From positions 157,173 through 221,172 of the forward strand of contig CAZDMR010000001.1 in the NCBI GenBank assembly GCA_964506795.1: a stretch of 64,000 bases of DNA, given 5' to 3'. Origin of the DNA: an uncultured Acidobacteriota bacterium (lineage in GTDB: Bacteria; Acidobacteriota; UBA6911). The notes below the pieces were generated by a model. The model was given only the letters and a program-made list of their open reading frames with translations. It had not been told where the DNA came from and did not search any database. The position numbers and the translations under genes were made by a program. This document shows, in pieces, positions 46,721 to 56,837 of this stretch; position 1 is the stretch's first letter, and each line of letters starts with the position of its first letter.

Positions 46721-48034
46721 ATGAAAGCGATCGGCATCGGACTATTGGGATTAGGAACCATTGGAAGCGGAGCGGTGAAAGTTTTGCAGTCTCACCGGGA
46801 AGAACTGGAAGAAAAAGCCGGAGCGCGGATGGAGCTGCGCGCTGTTGCGGATCTGGATATTGAAAATCCCAGGCAAGGCTTAGCGTTAAAAGACCTTCCT
46901 CTAACGCCGGATGCCGCGCGCGTGCTGGAAGATCCCGCCGTCGACATCGTAGTGGAGCTTATCGGAGGACTGGAACCGGCGCGAAGCTTCATTCTCCGCG
47001 CCCTGGCTAACGGCAAACACGTCGTCACCGCCAACAAGGCCCTTCTCGCAACGCACGGCGAGGAGCTATACGCCGAAGCGCGCAAGCACGGCCGCATGCT
47101 GGCCTTTGAAGCGGCCGTTGCGGGCGGAATTCCGCTGATTCGTTCCGTCAAGGAAGGTTTGGTTGCAAATCGGGTTACTTCTTTGTATGGAATTGTGAAC
47201 GGCACTTCCAACTATATACTCTCCAGAATGACGGATGAAGGAGAGGATTTCAGAGCTATTCTATCGGATGCGCAGGCACAGGGATATGCGGAAGCGGATC
47301 CCACTTACGATGTGGAAGGCATTGATTCCGCCCACAAGCTTCAGATCCTGGCCACCCTTGCCTTCCGGACTACTGTAAAATTGGACGACATTTATGTCGA
47401 GGGGATTTCAAAAATAACGCCGCAGGACATTTTCCTCGCCAAAGAGATGGGCTTTCGCATCAAGCTTTTAGCCATCGCCAAAGCCGACGGCGGCACACTG
47501 GAACTGCGAGTGCATCCGACGATGATCCGGGACACGTCCCCCATGGCCGCGGTCTCAGGTGTTTTCAACGCCGTCTTCCTAAGCGGGGATGTGGTGAACG
47601 ACTTGATGTTTTACGGCCGCGGCGCCGGTCAGATGCCAACGGCCTCATCGGTTTGGGCCGATATTGTCGAAATCGCCCGGCGCTTGGCTGCGGGACAGGC
47701 GGCGGTTCCTCAAGACCTTCCGGTGCTGGGACGCAAGCCTTTGAAGCTGAAACCGTTTGAGGAGGTCCTATCTTCCTATTACCTTAACGTGTCCGCTCTC
47801 GACCAGCCCGCGGTTCTTGCCCAGATAGCAGGCATCCTAGGCAAGCATCAGATCAGCATCGCCAGCGTGATACAAAAATTGCATCAATACGCCAAAGCTG
47901 TTCCTGTGGTGATGATGACTCACGAAGCACGGGAAGGGGCCATGCGGAAAGCGCTTGAGGAAATCGATAAATTGGGCGTAGTCGCCGAGCCCACTCGAAT
48001 GATTCGTGTGGAGGAATCTCAGAGCCGCTCGTAA
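46721..48034 (+). CDS. hom: Homoserine dehydrogenase with C-terminal ACT domain
   Basis: GLGTIG, VTANKA, EAAVAGGIP, NGTSNYIL, GYAEADP, GRGAG. Confidence 0.96.
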   Translation: MKAIGIGLLGLGTIGSGAVKVLQSHREELEEKAGARMELRAVADLDIENPRQGLALKDLPLTPDAARVLEDPAVDIVVELIGGLEPARSFILRALANGKHVVTANKALLATHGEELYAEARKHGRMLAFEAAVAGGIPLIRSVKEGLVANRVTSLYGIVNGTSNYILSRMTDEGEDFRAILSDAQAQGYAEADPTYDVEGIDSAHKLQILATLAFRTTVKLDDIYVEGISKITPQDIFLAKEMGFRIKLLAIAKADGGTLELRVHPTMIRDTSPMAAVSGVFNAVFLSGDVVNDLMFYGRGAGQMPTASSVWADIVEIARRLAAGQAAVPQDLPVLGRKPLKLKPFEEVLSSYYLNVSALDQPAVLAQIAGILGKHQISIASVIQKLHQYAKAVPVVMMTHEAREGAMRKALEEIDKLGVVAEPTRMIRVEESQSRS

Positions 48035-48150
48035 CAGCCCGTGGTAAAAATATAACAAGTCTCGCATTTCAGGAAGCCTGCCGCAAAAATTCGGCCAAGA
48101 AAAAGTCTCCGCAAGAAATCGGCGGCCGGAGCTTTGATATTCGGCTTTGA

Positions 48151-49974
<1,824 letters not shown>

Positions 49975-49975
49975 T

Positions 49976-50063
49976 GCCTCCGGTCCGGCACGGGAGACTG
50001 AGATTTTCGATTCAGATCCCAAGCCGCGAACGGTAATGCCGCCCGCCGTATTCCCGGGAAGGA
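49976..50063 (+). ncRNA. Degenerate TPP-riboswitch-like sequence immediately 3' of thiC
   Basis: CTGAGA (49998), ATCCC (50016), GGTAATGCCG (50032), GGGAAG (50056) in canonical order; other conserved positions deviate. Confidence 0.3.
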
Positions 50064-50095
50064 AACCGCTGCGCGCACGGGAATTCCGCAAAAGG

Positions 50096-50986
50096 TCAGG
50101 AGCTCTTCTGCGGGTTTTGCATAAGTTCTATAAATTTGAGCGCCGCCGGGTTCATGGGCTGTTTGCTGCGAACGAGGATGCCGAGAGACCGGTAAAAATT
50201 CTTATCCGTGAAATTAATCTGGACCAAACTGCCGTTTTGCACTTCCTTTTGAACGCTTAGGATCGGCACTATCGCAACGCCTGCGCCTATTTCGACGCTG
50301 CGCTTTATGGTTTCAATATTGTTGAACTCCATTACGACATTCACCTTTATGTTGTGTTCCTGAAAAATGCGGTCCAGGGCGCGCTGGCTTGCCATTCCTT
50401 TTTCGAACGCTACATAATTCAAATCGTTGAGCTTTCGAATGTCTATATGATGCCGGCGGGCCAGAGGGTGGTCCGGAGCGCAGATCAGAGCAAGCTTGTC
50501 CGACGGGAGAGGAATAATGCGGAGCCCCCTGCGCGGTTCCGGGTAGGTCACGATTCCCAGGTCAAAGGCGCCTTTCAGGCAATCTTCGTAAACGCGCGCC
50601 CCCTGGAGGTACTCAACGTGAAGATTTACCTTGGGGTAGATTTTAAGAAAAGTCTTTACCACCACGGACATCTCATAAATACCCACGGTGTAAATGGCCG
50701 CGACACGGACGCTGCCGGCCATATCCTGGCCGATCGATTTCATTTCCAGTTGCATGTGTTCAAAACTATCCAGAATGGCGCGCGAGCGTTCATACAAAAT
50801 GCGGCCGGCCGGCGTGGTCGTTATAAGCTTTCCCTCCCTGCGCAAAAGCTGATTCTCGAAACGAGATTCCAGATTTTTCACCTGCTGGCTGACGGCCGAT
50901 TGGGTAATGGAGTTGCTTAAGGCGGCGTTTGAGAAACTCCTGCTTTCGACCAGGTCACAAAATACCTTGAGCGTCTCGATTTGCAT
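50096..50986 (-). CDS. LysR-family transcriptional regulator (CysL/CmpR-like)
   Basis: FSNAALSNSITQSAVSQQVKNLE HTH, ETIKRSVEIGAGVAIVP; GGAGG RBS. Confidence 0.92.
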   Translation of the reverse strand: MQIETLKVFCDLVESRSFSNAALSNSITQSAVSQQVKNLESRFENQLLRREGKLITTTPAGRILYERSRAILDSFEHMQLEMKSIGQDMAGSVRVAAIYTVGIYEMSVVVKTFLKIYPKVNLHVEYLQGARVYEDCLKGAFDLGIVTYPEPRRGLRIIPLPSDKLALICAPDHPLARRHHIDIRKLNDLNYVAFEKGMASQRALDRIFQEHNIKVNVVMEFNNIETIKRSVEIGAGVAIVPILSVQKEVQNGSLVQINFTDKNFYRSLGILVRSKQPMNPAALKFIELMQNPQKSS

Positions 50987-51314
50987 AAATCCTCCAAAAA
51001 CGCGCAGTCTCTGCTTTATCCCCTGATCCGGGGGCATCCGTTGCCATTCCCCTGAGCTTCAGGGACGCCCGGTGTTAGCCCGCATTTCTCGCATGCTTTT
51101 CTCCCGCGGCAGCGGATCCGGATATGTCTGCGGCATTTTGCCCCATCGGCGTGCCTTCAACTATGTCTCCGGCGCCGCCGGTCGCCAGCCTTGCCTTCAT
51201 CCCGTTCTACACCGCCTCAGCGCCAGGCCCTCCGAGAAATGCAGTTCAGAATTCTTGCCCCAGCATAAGTTATTCTGATCCATTTATCAAAATCATTTAT
51301 TTGCATTGCAGCGG

Positions 51315-51355
51315 GGGTCCGCCGCCACAGCAGAAGTCTCATGAATAATCCGGCT
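51315..51355 (+). repeat. Right-end fragment of the TTAA MITE family
   Basis: GGGTCCGCCGC..GAAGTCTCATGAATAATCCGGCT matches 5401-5441. Confidence 0.55.
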
Positions 51356-51453
51356 GAGAACTTCCCCTTTTGGGCGCTTGGAGACGGTTCCGCGACGATG
51401 CGCGCCGGAGGACTCCACCGAATCCTTTCCGCCCCTGCTGGTTCGCTTGATTT

Positions 51454-51996
51454 TCATTCGCCGGGGTGAGATTCCGGAATTGATTGCTGCCGGTTGATAT
51501 AGCGGGCAAGTACAAAAAAGAGATCGGAAAGACGATTAAGATAGCGAAGAATCTGAGGATTTATTTTTTGGAGCCGGGAGAGTGACACGCATCGGCGCTC
51601 GGCTCTCCGCGTCACCGCGCGCACAAGATGAAGCTCAGCGCCGGCAGCTTCTCCGCCGGGCAGGATGAAACGCTTCAAGGGAGGCAAGACCTCTTCGAAC
51701 GAGTCGATTTCCTTCTCCAAGGCAAGAACGTCCGCATCCCGGATCTCCCGCTTCTTTTCGGGCGCATCTTCGGGAGTCGCCAGTTCCGCTCCTATCGTAA
51801 ACAAATTCTCCTGGACCGCAAGCAGAACCTTGTCCACTTTATCCGGAATGATGCGGCTGCGGACCATGCCGATAAGCGCGTTCAGTTCATCCAGGGATCC
51901 GCAGGCCTCAATGCTGCCCGCATCTTTGGACACTCTTTTCCCGCCGATCAGGCCGGTGGTTCCGTCGTCTCCCGTCCGCGTGTATATCCTGGGCAA
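51454..51996 (-). CDS. PduO-type cob(I)alamin adenosyltransferase
   Basis: IYTRTGDDGTT, GSLDELN, FILPGG, RRAER, LNRLSDLFF. Confidence 0.93.
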   Translation of the reverse strand: MPRIYTRTGDDGTTGLIGGKRVSKDAGSIEACGSLDELNALIGMVRSRIIPDKVDKVLLAVQENLFTIGAELATPEDAPEKKREIRDADVLALEKEIDSFEEVLPPLKRFILPGGEAAGAELHLVRAVTRRAERRCVSLSRLQKINPQILRYLNRLSDLFFVLARYINRQQSIPESHPGE

Positions 51997-52065
51997 TGAT
52001 TCCTCCCTGCGGAAATTGCCGCTTCACAATATCATAGTTGCAGGAAATTTGCTCTAATCGCCACT

Positions 52066-52200
52066 CCGAGAACTAGAATACGCCGCGTATTCCGGGTGCC
52101 GCAGGGGCCGATGCTGGGCGGTGCGACACAGGCAATGTGGCGGCTGTGTCAAGGAGCCAACGCAGAAGATGCAGTGCGCCGCCGAAAGCCTTCGGGTGGA
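52066..52200. repeat. Palindromic REP/MITE-like intergenic element starting CCGAGAACTAGAA
   Basis: Start motif recurs at 52740 and 9968; internal stem GACACAG..CTGTGTC. Confidence 0.4.
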
Positions 52201-52270
52201 TAAAAGCCGCGATCAGCCGGCGGCTGCAGCGCGTGTTGTCGAATAAGAAGGTTGTACGGAAGGAAATCGA

Positions 52271-52612
52271 TCAGGCTGTCTTCTTTTCCTTGCATGCAAG
52301 GCAAACGGACGTCCAGGGTACCGCTTTAAGGCGCGCAAGGCTGATCTCTCCTTCACAGTTCGTGCAGATGCCGTAAGTGCCGTTCTCGATTCTTTCGATC
52401 GCCGCTTCGATGGCACGAAGAAGCTTGGCATCTATTTGGAGCCGCCGGAGATTAACATGGACTTCATTGTCGTCGCTCGCCTGATCAACAAAATCCCCAT
52501 GTCGCGTATCCTCCATATTCTCCCAATGCGCTTTCTTCCCCGTCGCGTTTATTATGGAATCGCGCTTTTTTTCAAGAGCAGCCTTAAACTTTTTGAGGTC
52601 CCTTTTATTCAT
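52271..52612 (-). CDS. DksA/TraR-family C4 zinc-finger protein
   Basis: DFVDQA coiled-coil tip (DxxDxA), GTYGICTNC..RLKAVPWTSVCLAC. Confidence 0.92.
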   Translation of the reverse strand: MNKRDLKKFKAALEKKRDSIINATGKKAHWENMEDTRHGDFVDQASDDNEVHVNLRRLQIDAKLLRAIEAAIERIENGTYGICTNCEGEISLARLKAVPWTSVCLACKEKKTA

Positions 52613-52660
52613 AGAAACAACCTCTGATAATTAAACGCATAAATATAAATCAAAATGCTT

Positions 52661-52676
52661 TGCATGTAAACCGCCA
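52661..52676 (-). promoter_or_regulatory. Sigma54-like promoter of the DksA/TraR gene
   Basis: TGGCGGTTTACATGCA on the minus strand, exact GG-N10-GC spacing, about 50 bp upstream of the ATG. Confidence 0.5.
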
Positions 52677-52845
52677 TATGAGATCGGCAAGATAACCGGA
52701 TTTTATAGGTTTTTTTCATGCGATCCGGTGGGAGGCTGTCCGAGAATTAGAAGGTGCCGCGTCTTTCTCCCCGGAAGTTTTAATCAGAGCATGTTGAATT
52801 TTGAGGAAGCTTACAGCTTGCTCGAAGCATGAAAGCGGCATTAAT

Positions 52846-53802
52846 TCACAAAGGCAGATCTTCTCCCATCCCGGACTGCACCGCCTCATCGTAAATCCGG
52901 GCCGCAAGTGCAACGTCCTCCAGGGCTATTCCGTGCGATTCAAACAGCGTGATTTCGTCGTCGTCTTCCCGCCCCGGGAATTCCCCTATGACAACCAGCC
53001 CCAGTTCTCTGGCATCTTCCCAAAAAAACGCCTCTTTTTCGGCCGCCTCAGCAAGATCGCCGGATTCCAGCATCGCCTGCTCATGGCAGTCCACAATTAC
53101 GCAGGCGCATTTCCCGACTGTTTCTGCGTCCAATTCCTGCTTTGATTTTGAATTCGCCCCAATCGCATTTATATGGGTCCCCTTGGAAAGCCATTCCGCT
53201 TTAAAGACCGGCTCTTTCGAAGTGGTCGCTGTTACCACGATATCCATTCCCTTGACCGCCTCTTCAGGCGCAGCCGCCGGACTGATGTCGATGCCCGAAA
53301 TTTCGGTCATTTCTTTGCAGAATTTTTCCCGTTTTGCCGCATCCCTTGAATAGGCAAAAACGGTCTTTATGGGACGGACCTCGCGAATGGCCTGTATTTG
53401 AAAACGCGCATGGAATCCCGTGCCGAAAATCCCCAGCCGGGAGCTATCCTCCCGCGCCATATATTTGGTTGCCACCGCCGAAGCGGCTCCCGTGCGCATC
53501 CGGCCAAGAGCCTCCGCTTCGATGATTGCGGCCAACCGGCCGTCGTCTTTGTAGAGCAGCACCGCGGAATGACTGACCTCGGCTGCGTTTGTATAGCTCT
53601 TAAGCCCCGCATAACCCAAGACCGGCAGCGACGCGTTCATCGCGTAAAGCATCCCCCCGTTCAGGTTCAGCCTGCAGCCGCGCCTGGCCGCAACATCCGC
53701 CCTCCGCTCGGCCTGAAAACCAAAAGCCTGTTCAACAGCCTCGATTGCCATTTTCATTGTAGCCAGCTTTTCCACATCCGATTCCCTTAGCAAAATCGCC
53801 AT
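52846..53802 (-). CDS. Ornithine cyclodeaminase / mu-crystallin family protein
   Basis: RMRTGAASAVAT, FGTGFHA, VTATTS, HINAIGA, FESHGIALED. Confidence 0.9.
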   Translation of the reverse strand: MAILLRESDVEKLATMKMAIEAVEQAFGFQAERRADVAARRGCRLNLNGGMLYAMNASLPVLGYAGLKSYTNAAEVSHSAVLLYKDDGRLAAIIEAEALGRMRTGAASAVATKYMAREDSSRLGIFGTGFHARFQIQAIREVRPIKTVFAYSRDAAKREKFCKEMTEISGIDISPAAAPEEAVKGMDIVVTATTSKEPVFKAEWLSKGTHINAIGANSKSKQELDAETVGKCACVIVDCHEQAMLESGDLAEAAEKEAFFWEDARELGLVVIGEFPGREDDDEITLFESHGIALEDVALAARIYDEAVQSGMGEDLPL

Positions 53803-54086
53803 AAGAGCCCCCAGACTCAATACTTTCAACTAGACCCGCGTCTTGCGGCAGCTTTGGCGGCCGAGCGCGGGAATCCACCGCGAATTTTTGGCCAAACCAA
53901 TCTGCAGTTTCAAATATACTGGACCCGACCGACGGCTCCAAGCCCGAAAACTGGATTCAGCCGGGACTGAAATCGCAGCGCTCGACGGCATCTGAAGGTT
54001 GCTTTGTCTTGGAGCTTCCGCCGGGAAATGGTAAAAGCTTATCGTCGACGCATAATAAAAGTTTTAACCGGGGGGGAGTGGGCCCT

Positions 54087-54572
54087 ATGATCAGAAAATC
54101 GGTGTTCTGGACAATTACACTCATTCTTGCGCTGGCATTGGCCTATCTGATTATTCAGGGCCGCCGAATGGAGAAGAAGCAGGCCGCGAGGTCGACGGGA
54201 GTGGTCCGGGAATATAAACCTACGCCGACAAGAGCCCTGGCTCCGTGCGATCTGGACATTTTTCTGCAAACAATGATGTTGGAAAAAGAATCTGATCCAT
54301 CAGATCCATCAAAAGAATTCCGGACCGCGCGCCATGCAATAAAGCTCAGAAACAACGGAAGGGTTTCCTACAACAAAATTCAGTTCCTCTTCGAATATCT
54401 CAACCAATACGGCGAGGTGCTGGAAACCAGGACGTGCGCCGCCGACCGCAGTATTTCGCCCGGAAGCATCCTGGAGCTCCCGGATATTAAAATCCAGAAA
54501 CTCCCGAAGGATACAAAAAATTACAGGGCCGCCGTCCTATGCGCGGATATAGGGCCGGATTCTCAGCGGTAG
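54087..54572 (+). CDS. Membrane-anchored hypothetical protein with FxLYD-like Ig domain
   Basis: N-terminal TM helix; IKLRNNG..FLFEYLNQYGEVL. Confidence 0.55.
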   Translation: MIRKSVFWTITLILALALAYLIIQGRRMEKKQAARSTGVVREYKPTPTRALAPCDLDIFLQTMMLEKESDPSDPSKEFRTARHAIKLRNNGRVSYNKIQFLFEYLNQYGEVLETRTCAADRSISPGSILELPDIKIQKLPKDTKNYRAAVLCADIGPDSQR

Positions 54573-54789
54573 GCCGCGAGCATTTGCGTCCGACGCCCGG
54601 CGGCGCCCGGAACAAGCCAGCCTGCACTCCCGCCACGGGCTGCCATGGCGGCTTAAAGAGAAAACCGGGACCGTTTTTGCAGGCCGGCAACACGGCGGCT
54701 CCATTTGACTTAAAATTTTTACTGTGCTATTTATTGCCTAAATAACGGAATCGCGTGGAATGCATTATGGCGCCGAGGAGTACTGGGGA

Positions 54790-56562
54790 ATGAAACCTTC
54801 CTCTCGAAGAGCATTAACCCTATCGTACTTTTTATTTTTTATGTTTTGGGCGGCAGCTGCAAACGGGGCAGATAACAGCCGCATTACCGGAAATATAACC
54901 ACCACCGCCGGGAACCCTCTCCGCAACGCGATCGTAAAAATCCTCCGGGAAGCGCAACACGGCAATATCATTTCATTTGCCCAAAGCAACGAGAAGGGGT
55001 TTTTCAGATCCATGAATCTGGAGCCGGGGACCTATTATCTTCAGGTTTCACGGCAAGGGTATAAGCCCATCACAACGTCGAAATTCAGCATTGATCCAGG
55101 ACGAACAGTGTCTCTGGATATTGCCTTGCAAAAATTCATGGACTACGTTTCGAAAGACGAAGATTTTCGAAACTGGGATATGAGTACGGTGATGCGCAGC
55201 GTATCGGACCGCCGCCTCATATTTCGGAATTTACCCGCTGGAGCAGCGTCCGGGCACAAGGAGGAAAAATCGCCGTTCTATCGCAGCGGAGCCATGAACA
55301 TCGCTTCGCGAACTTCGCTCGGCAACGAAAGCCATGTGGCGTGGCCCCAAACAAGCCAGAACGGTGTGTCGTCCACATTCGCCTACAGCGAGCCTATAAG
55401 CAGTCATGCTCGAATGCTTCTTTCGGGGCAGCTCGATTTCGGCTACGGTTCGTTCTGGAGAATACGCGACACCTTTAACTACAGGCCCAATAGCGACCGC
55501 GACTACAGAATTTCGGTAGGCTATGGACGCATGAATGCAAGATACCTCGGATCCGATTCCATCCCTTCGGAACTGGTGACCGACGAACCGGGCATGCCTG
55601 AATCCGCGGTACAGACGCTGGCTTTCGGGATAGAATGCAACAGCCGATTCTTTGATCTTCTATCCGTCAAATACGGATTTGATTATTCGCGTCTCCATTA
55701 CGGAAAAGCCAAAAGCCTGTTTTATCCGTCCCTCGAGGTGTCGCTTGTCCCTTTGGATCATTGGATGGTGCGGACATCCTTTACGTCCCGCCGTTTGAGC
55801 GATGAAAATACCGTCGTGCTCCCGGACGGAGAGGTTCTCGATCTCGCGGAGCCAACGCTCATAACAATGGTGGGCGAGAAAGTAAACATGTCCCAAGTCC
55901 GCCATTCTGAACTGGCGGTTCAAAGGACGCTCTCTTGCGACGCAGCCATCGAGGTAGCGGTTTTTCAGGATTATATGCGGGGGCCAGGACTCCCCGTGAT
56001 GATTACGACCATCACCCCGCTTGAAAGAAAGTCTTACTTGATTTCGATGAATGAAGACCACTCCAGGCAGCGCGGAGTTCGAATTACGGCCGGGAAGAAA
56101 ATCTGGGACCAGTTGAGCGGCTCGATAGCCTACGTCTTTGGAAACGCTCTCGATATATCGACCGTAAACGCCCCGCTGTCGAACGATCATCCCGATGGGG
56201 ATCTCATTAATTTCATGCAAAGGGATGCGCAGCATTCATTAACGGGTCAATTCGACATTTCAGTGCCCGTAACAAAAACTAGTGTGCTGGCGACTATCCG
56301 GTGGAATTTCGGCAGTCCTCTGGCTCCAGTGGACTGGTTTTCCGACAGGATCGATATCGGAACAAGATCGACAAACCTGGAGATCCGCCAGATTGTTCCG
56401 CTCTCGGAATTCCTGGGAAGCGTGGGCCGGTGGGAAATTCTGGTAGATCTCCGGAATATCCTGAACCAGGGCATGGAAAGCCTCCCCACGCCGGGCGGAG
56501 AAATTGTATTAAACCGGAACCCGCGCTCTTTGCGCTTCGGCTTCAGCTTGAGCTTCAATTAG
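54790..56562 (+). CDS. Outer-membrane beta-barrel protein with N-terminal carboxypeptidase-regulatory-like domain
   Basis: Signal peptide, ITGNITTTAG..PGTYYLQV, C-terminal RFGFSLSFN. Confidence 0.75.
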   Translation: MKPSSRRALTLSYFLFFMFWAAAANGADNSRITGNITTTAGNPLRNAIVKILREAQHGNIISFAQSNEKGFFRSMNLEPGTYYLQVSRQGYKPITTSKFSIDPGRTVSLDIALQKFMDYVSKDEDFRNWDMSTVMRSVSDRRLIFRNLPAGAASGHKEEKSPFYRSGAMNIASRTSLGNESHVAWPQTSQNGVSSTFAYSEPISSHARMLLSGQLDFGYGSFWRIRDTFNYRPNSDRDYRISVGYGRMNARYLGSDSIPSELVTDEPGMPESAVQTLAFGIECNSRFFDLLSVKYGFDYSRLHYGKAKSLFYPSLEVSLVPLDHWMVRTSFTSRRLSDENTVVLPDGEVLDLAEPTLITMVGEKVNMSQVRHSELAVQRTLSCDAAIEVAVFQDYMRGPGLPVMITTITPLERKSYLISMNEDHSRQRGVRITAGKKIWDQLSGSIAYVFGNALDISTVNAPLSNDHPDGDLINFMQRDAQHSLTGQFDISVPVTKTSVLATIRWNFGSPLAPVDWFSDRIDIGTRSTNLEIRQIVPLSEFLGSVGRWEILVDLRNILNQGMESLPTPGGEIVLNRNPRSLRFGFSLSFN

Positions 56563-56778
56563 ACCGCCACTTTTATTAGCCTTTATCCCGTGCAGCTACC
56601 TGGTGCTTACTTCAACATTATGGTCTTTCTTCTTGAAGCAAAACGGATAAATGTACAAAATATTGAATACAGCGGTCCAATCAGTTGAACAAAATCCTAT
56701 GGCAGGAGCCAGGAAAGGCATTTAAAATATAAACTATTTATTTTCAATAAATTACTTTTCATTTTCTAAGGCCAATTG

Positions 56779-56794
56779 TGGCGCATAAATTGCT
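56779..56794 (+). promoter_or_regulatory. Sigma54 promoter of the sensor kinase/regulator operon
   Basis: TGGCGCATAAATTGCT fits TGGCRC-N5-TTGCW; AT-rich IHF-like tract at about 56720-56760. Confidence 0.75.
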
Positions 56795-56837
56795 TTAACC
56801 CTGCATGCTGAATTATTTATCAGACGAAAGCGTTTCA

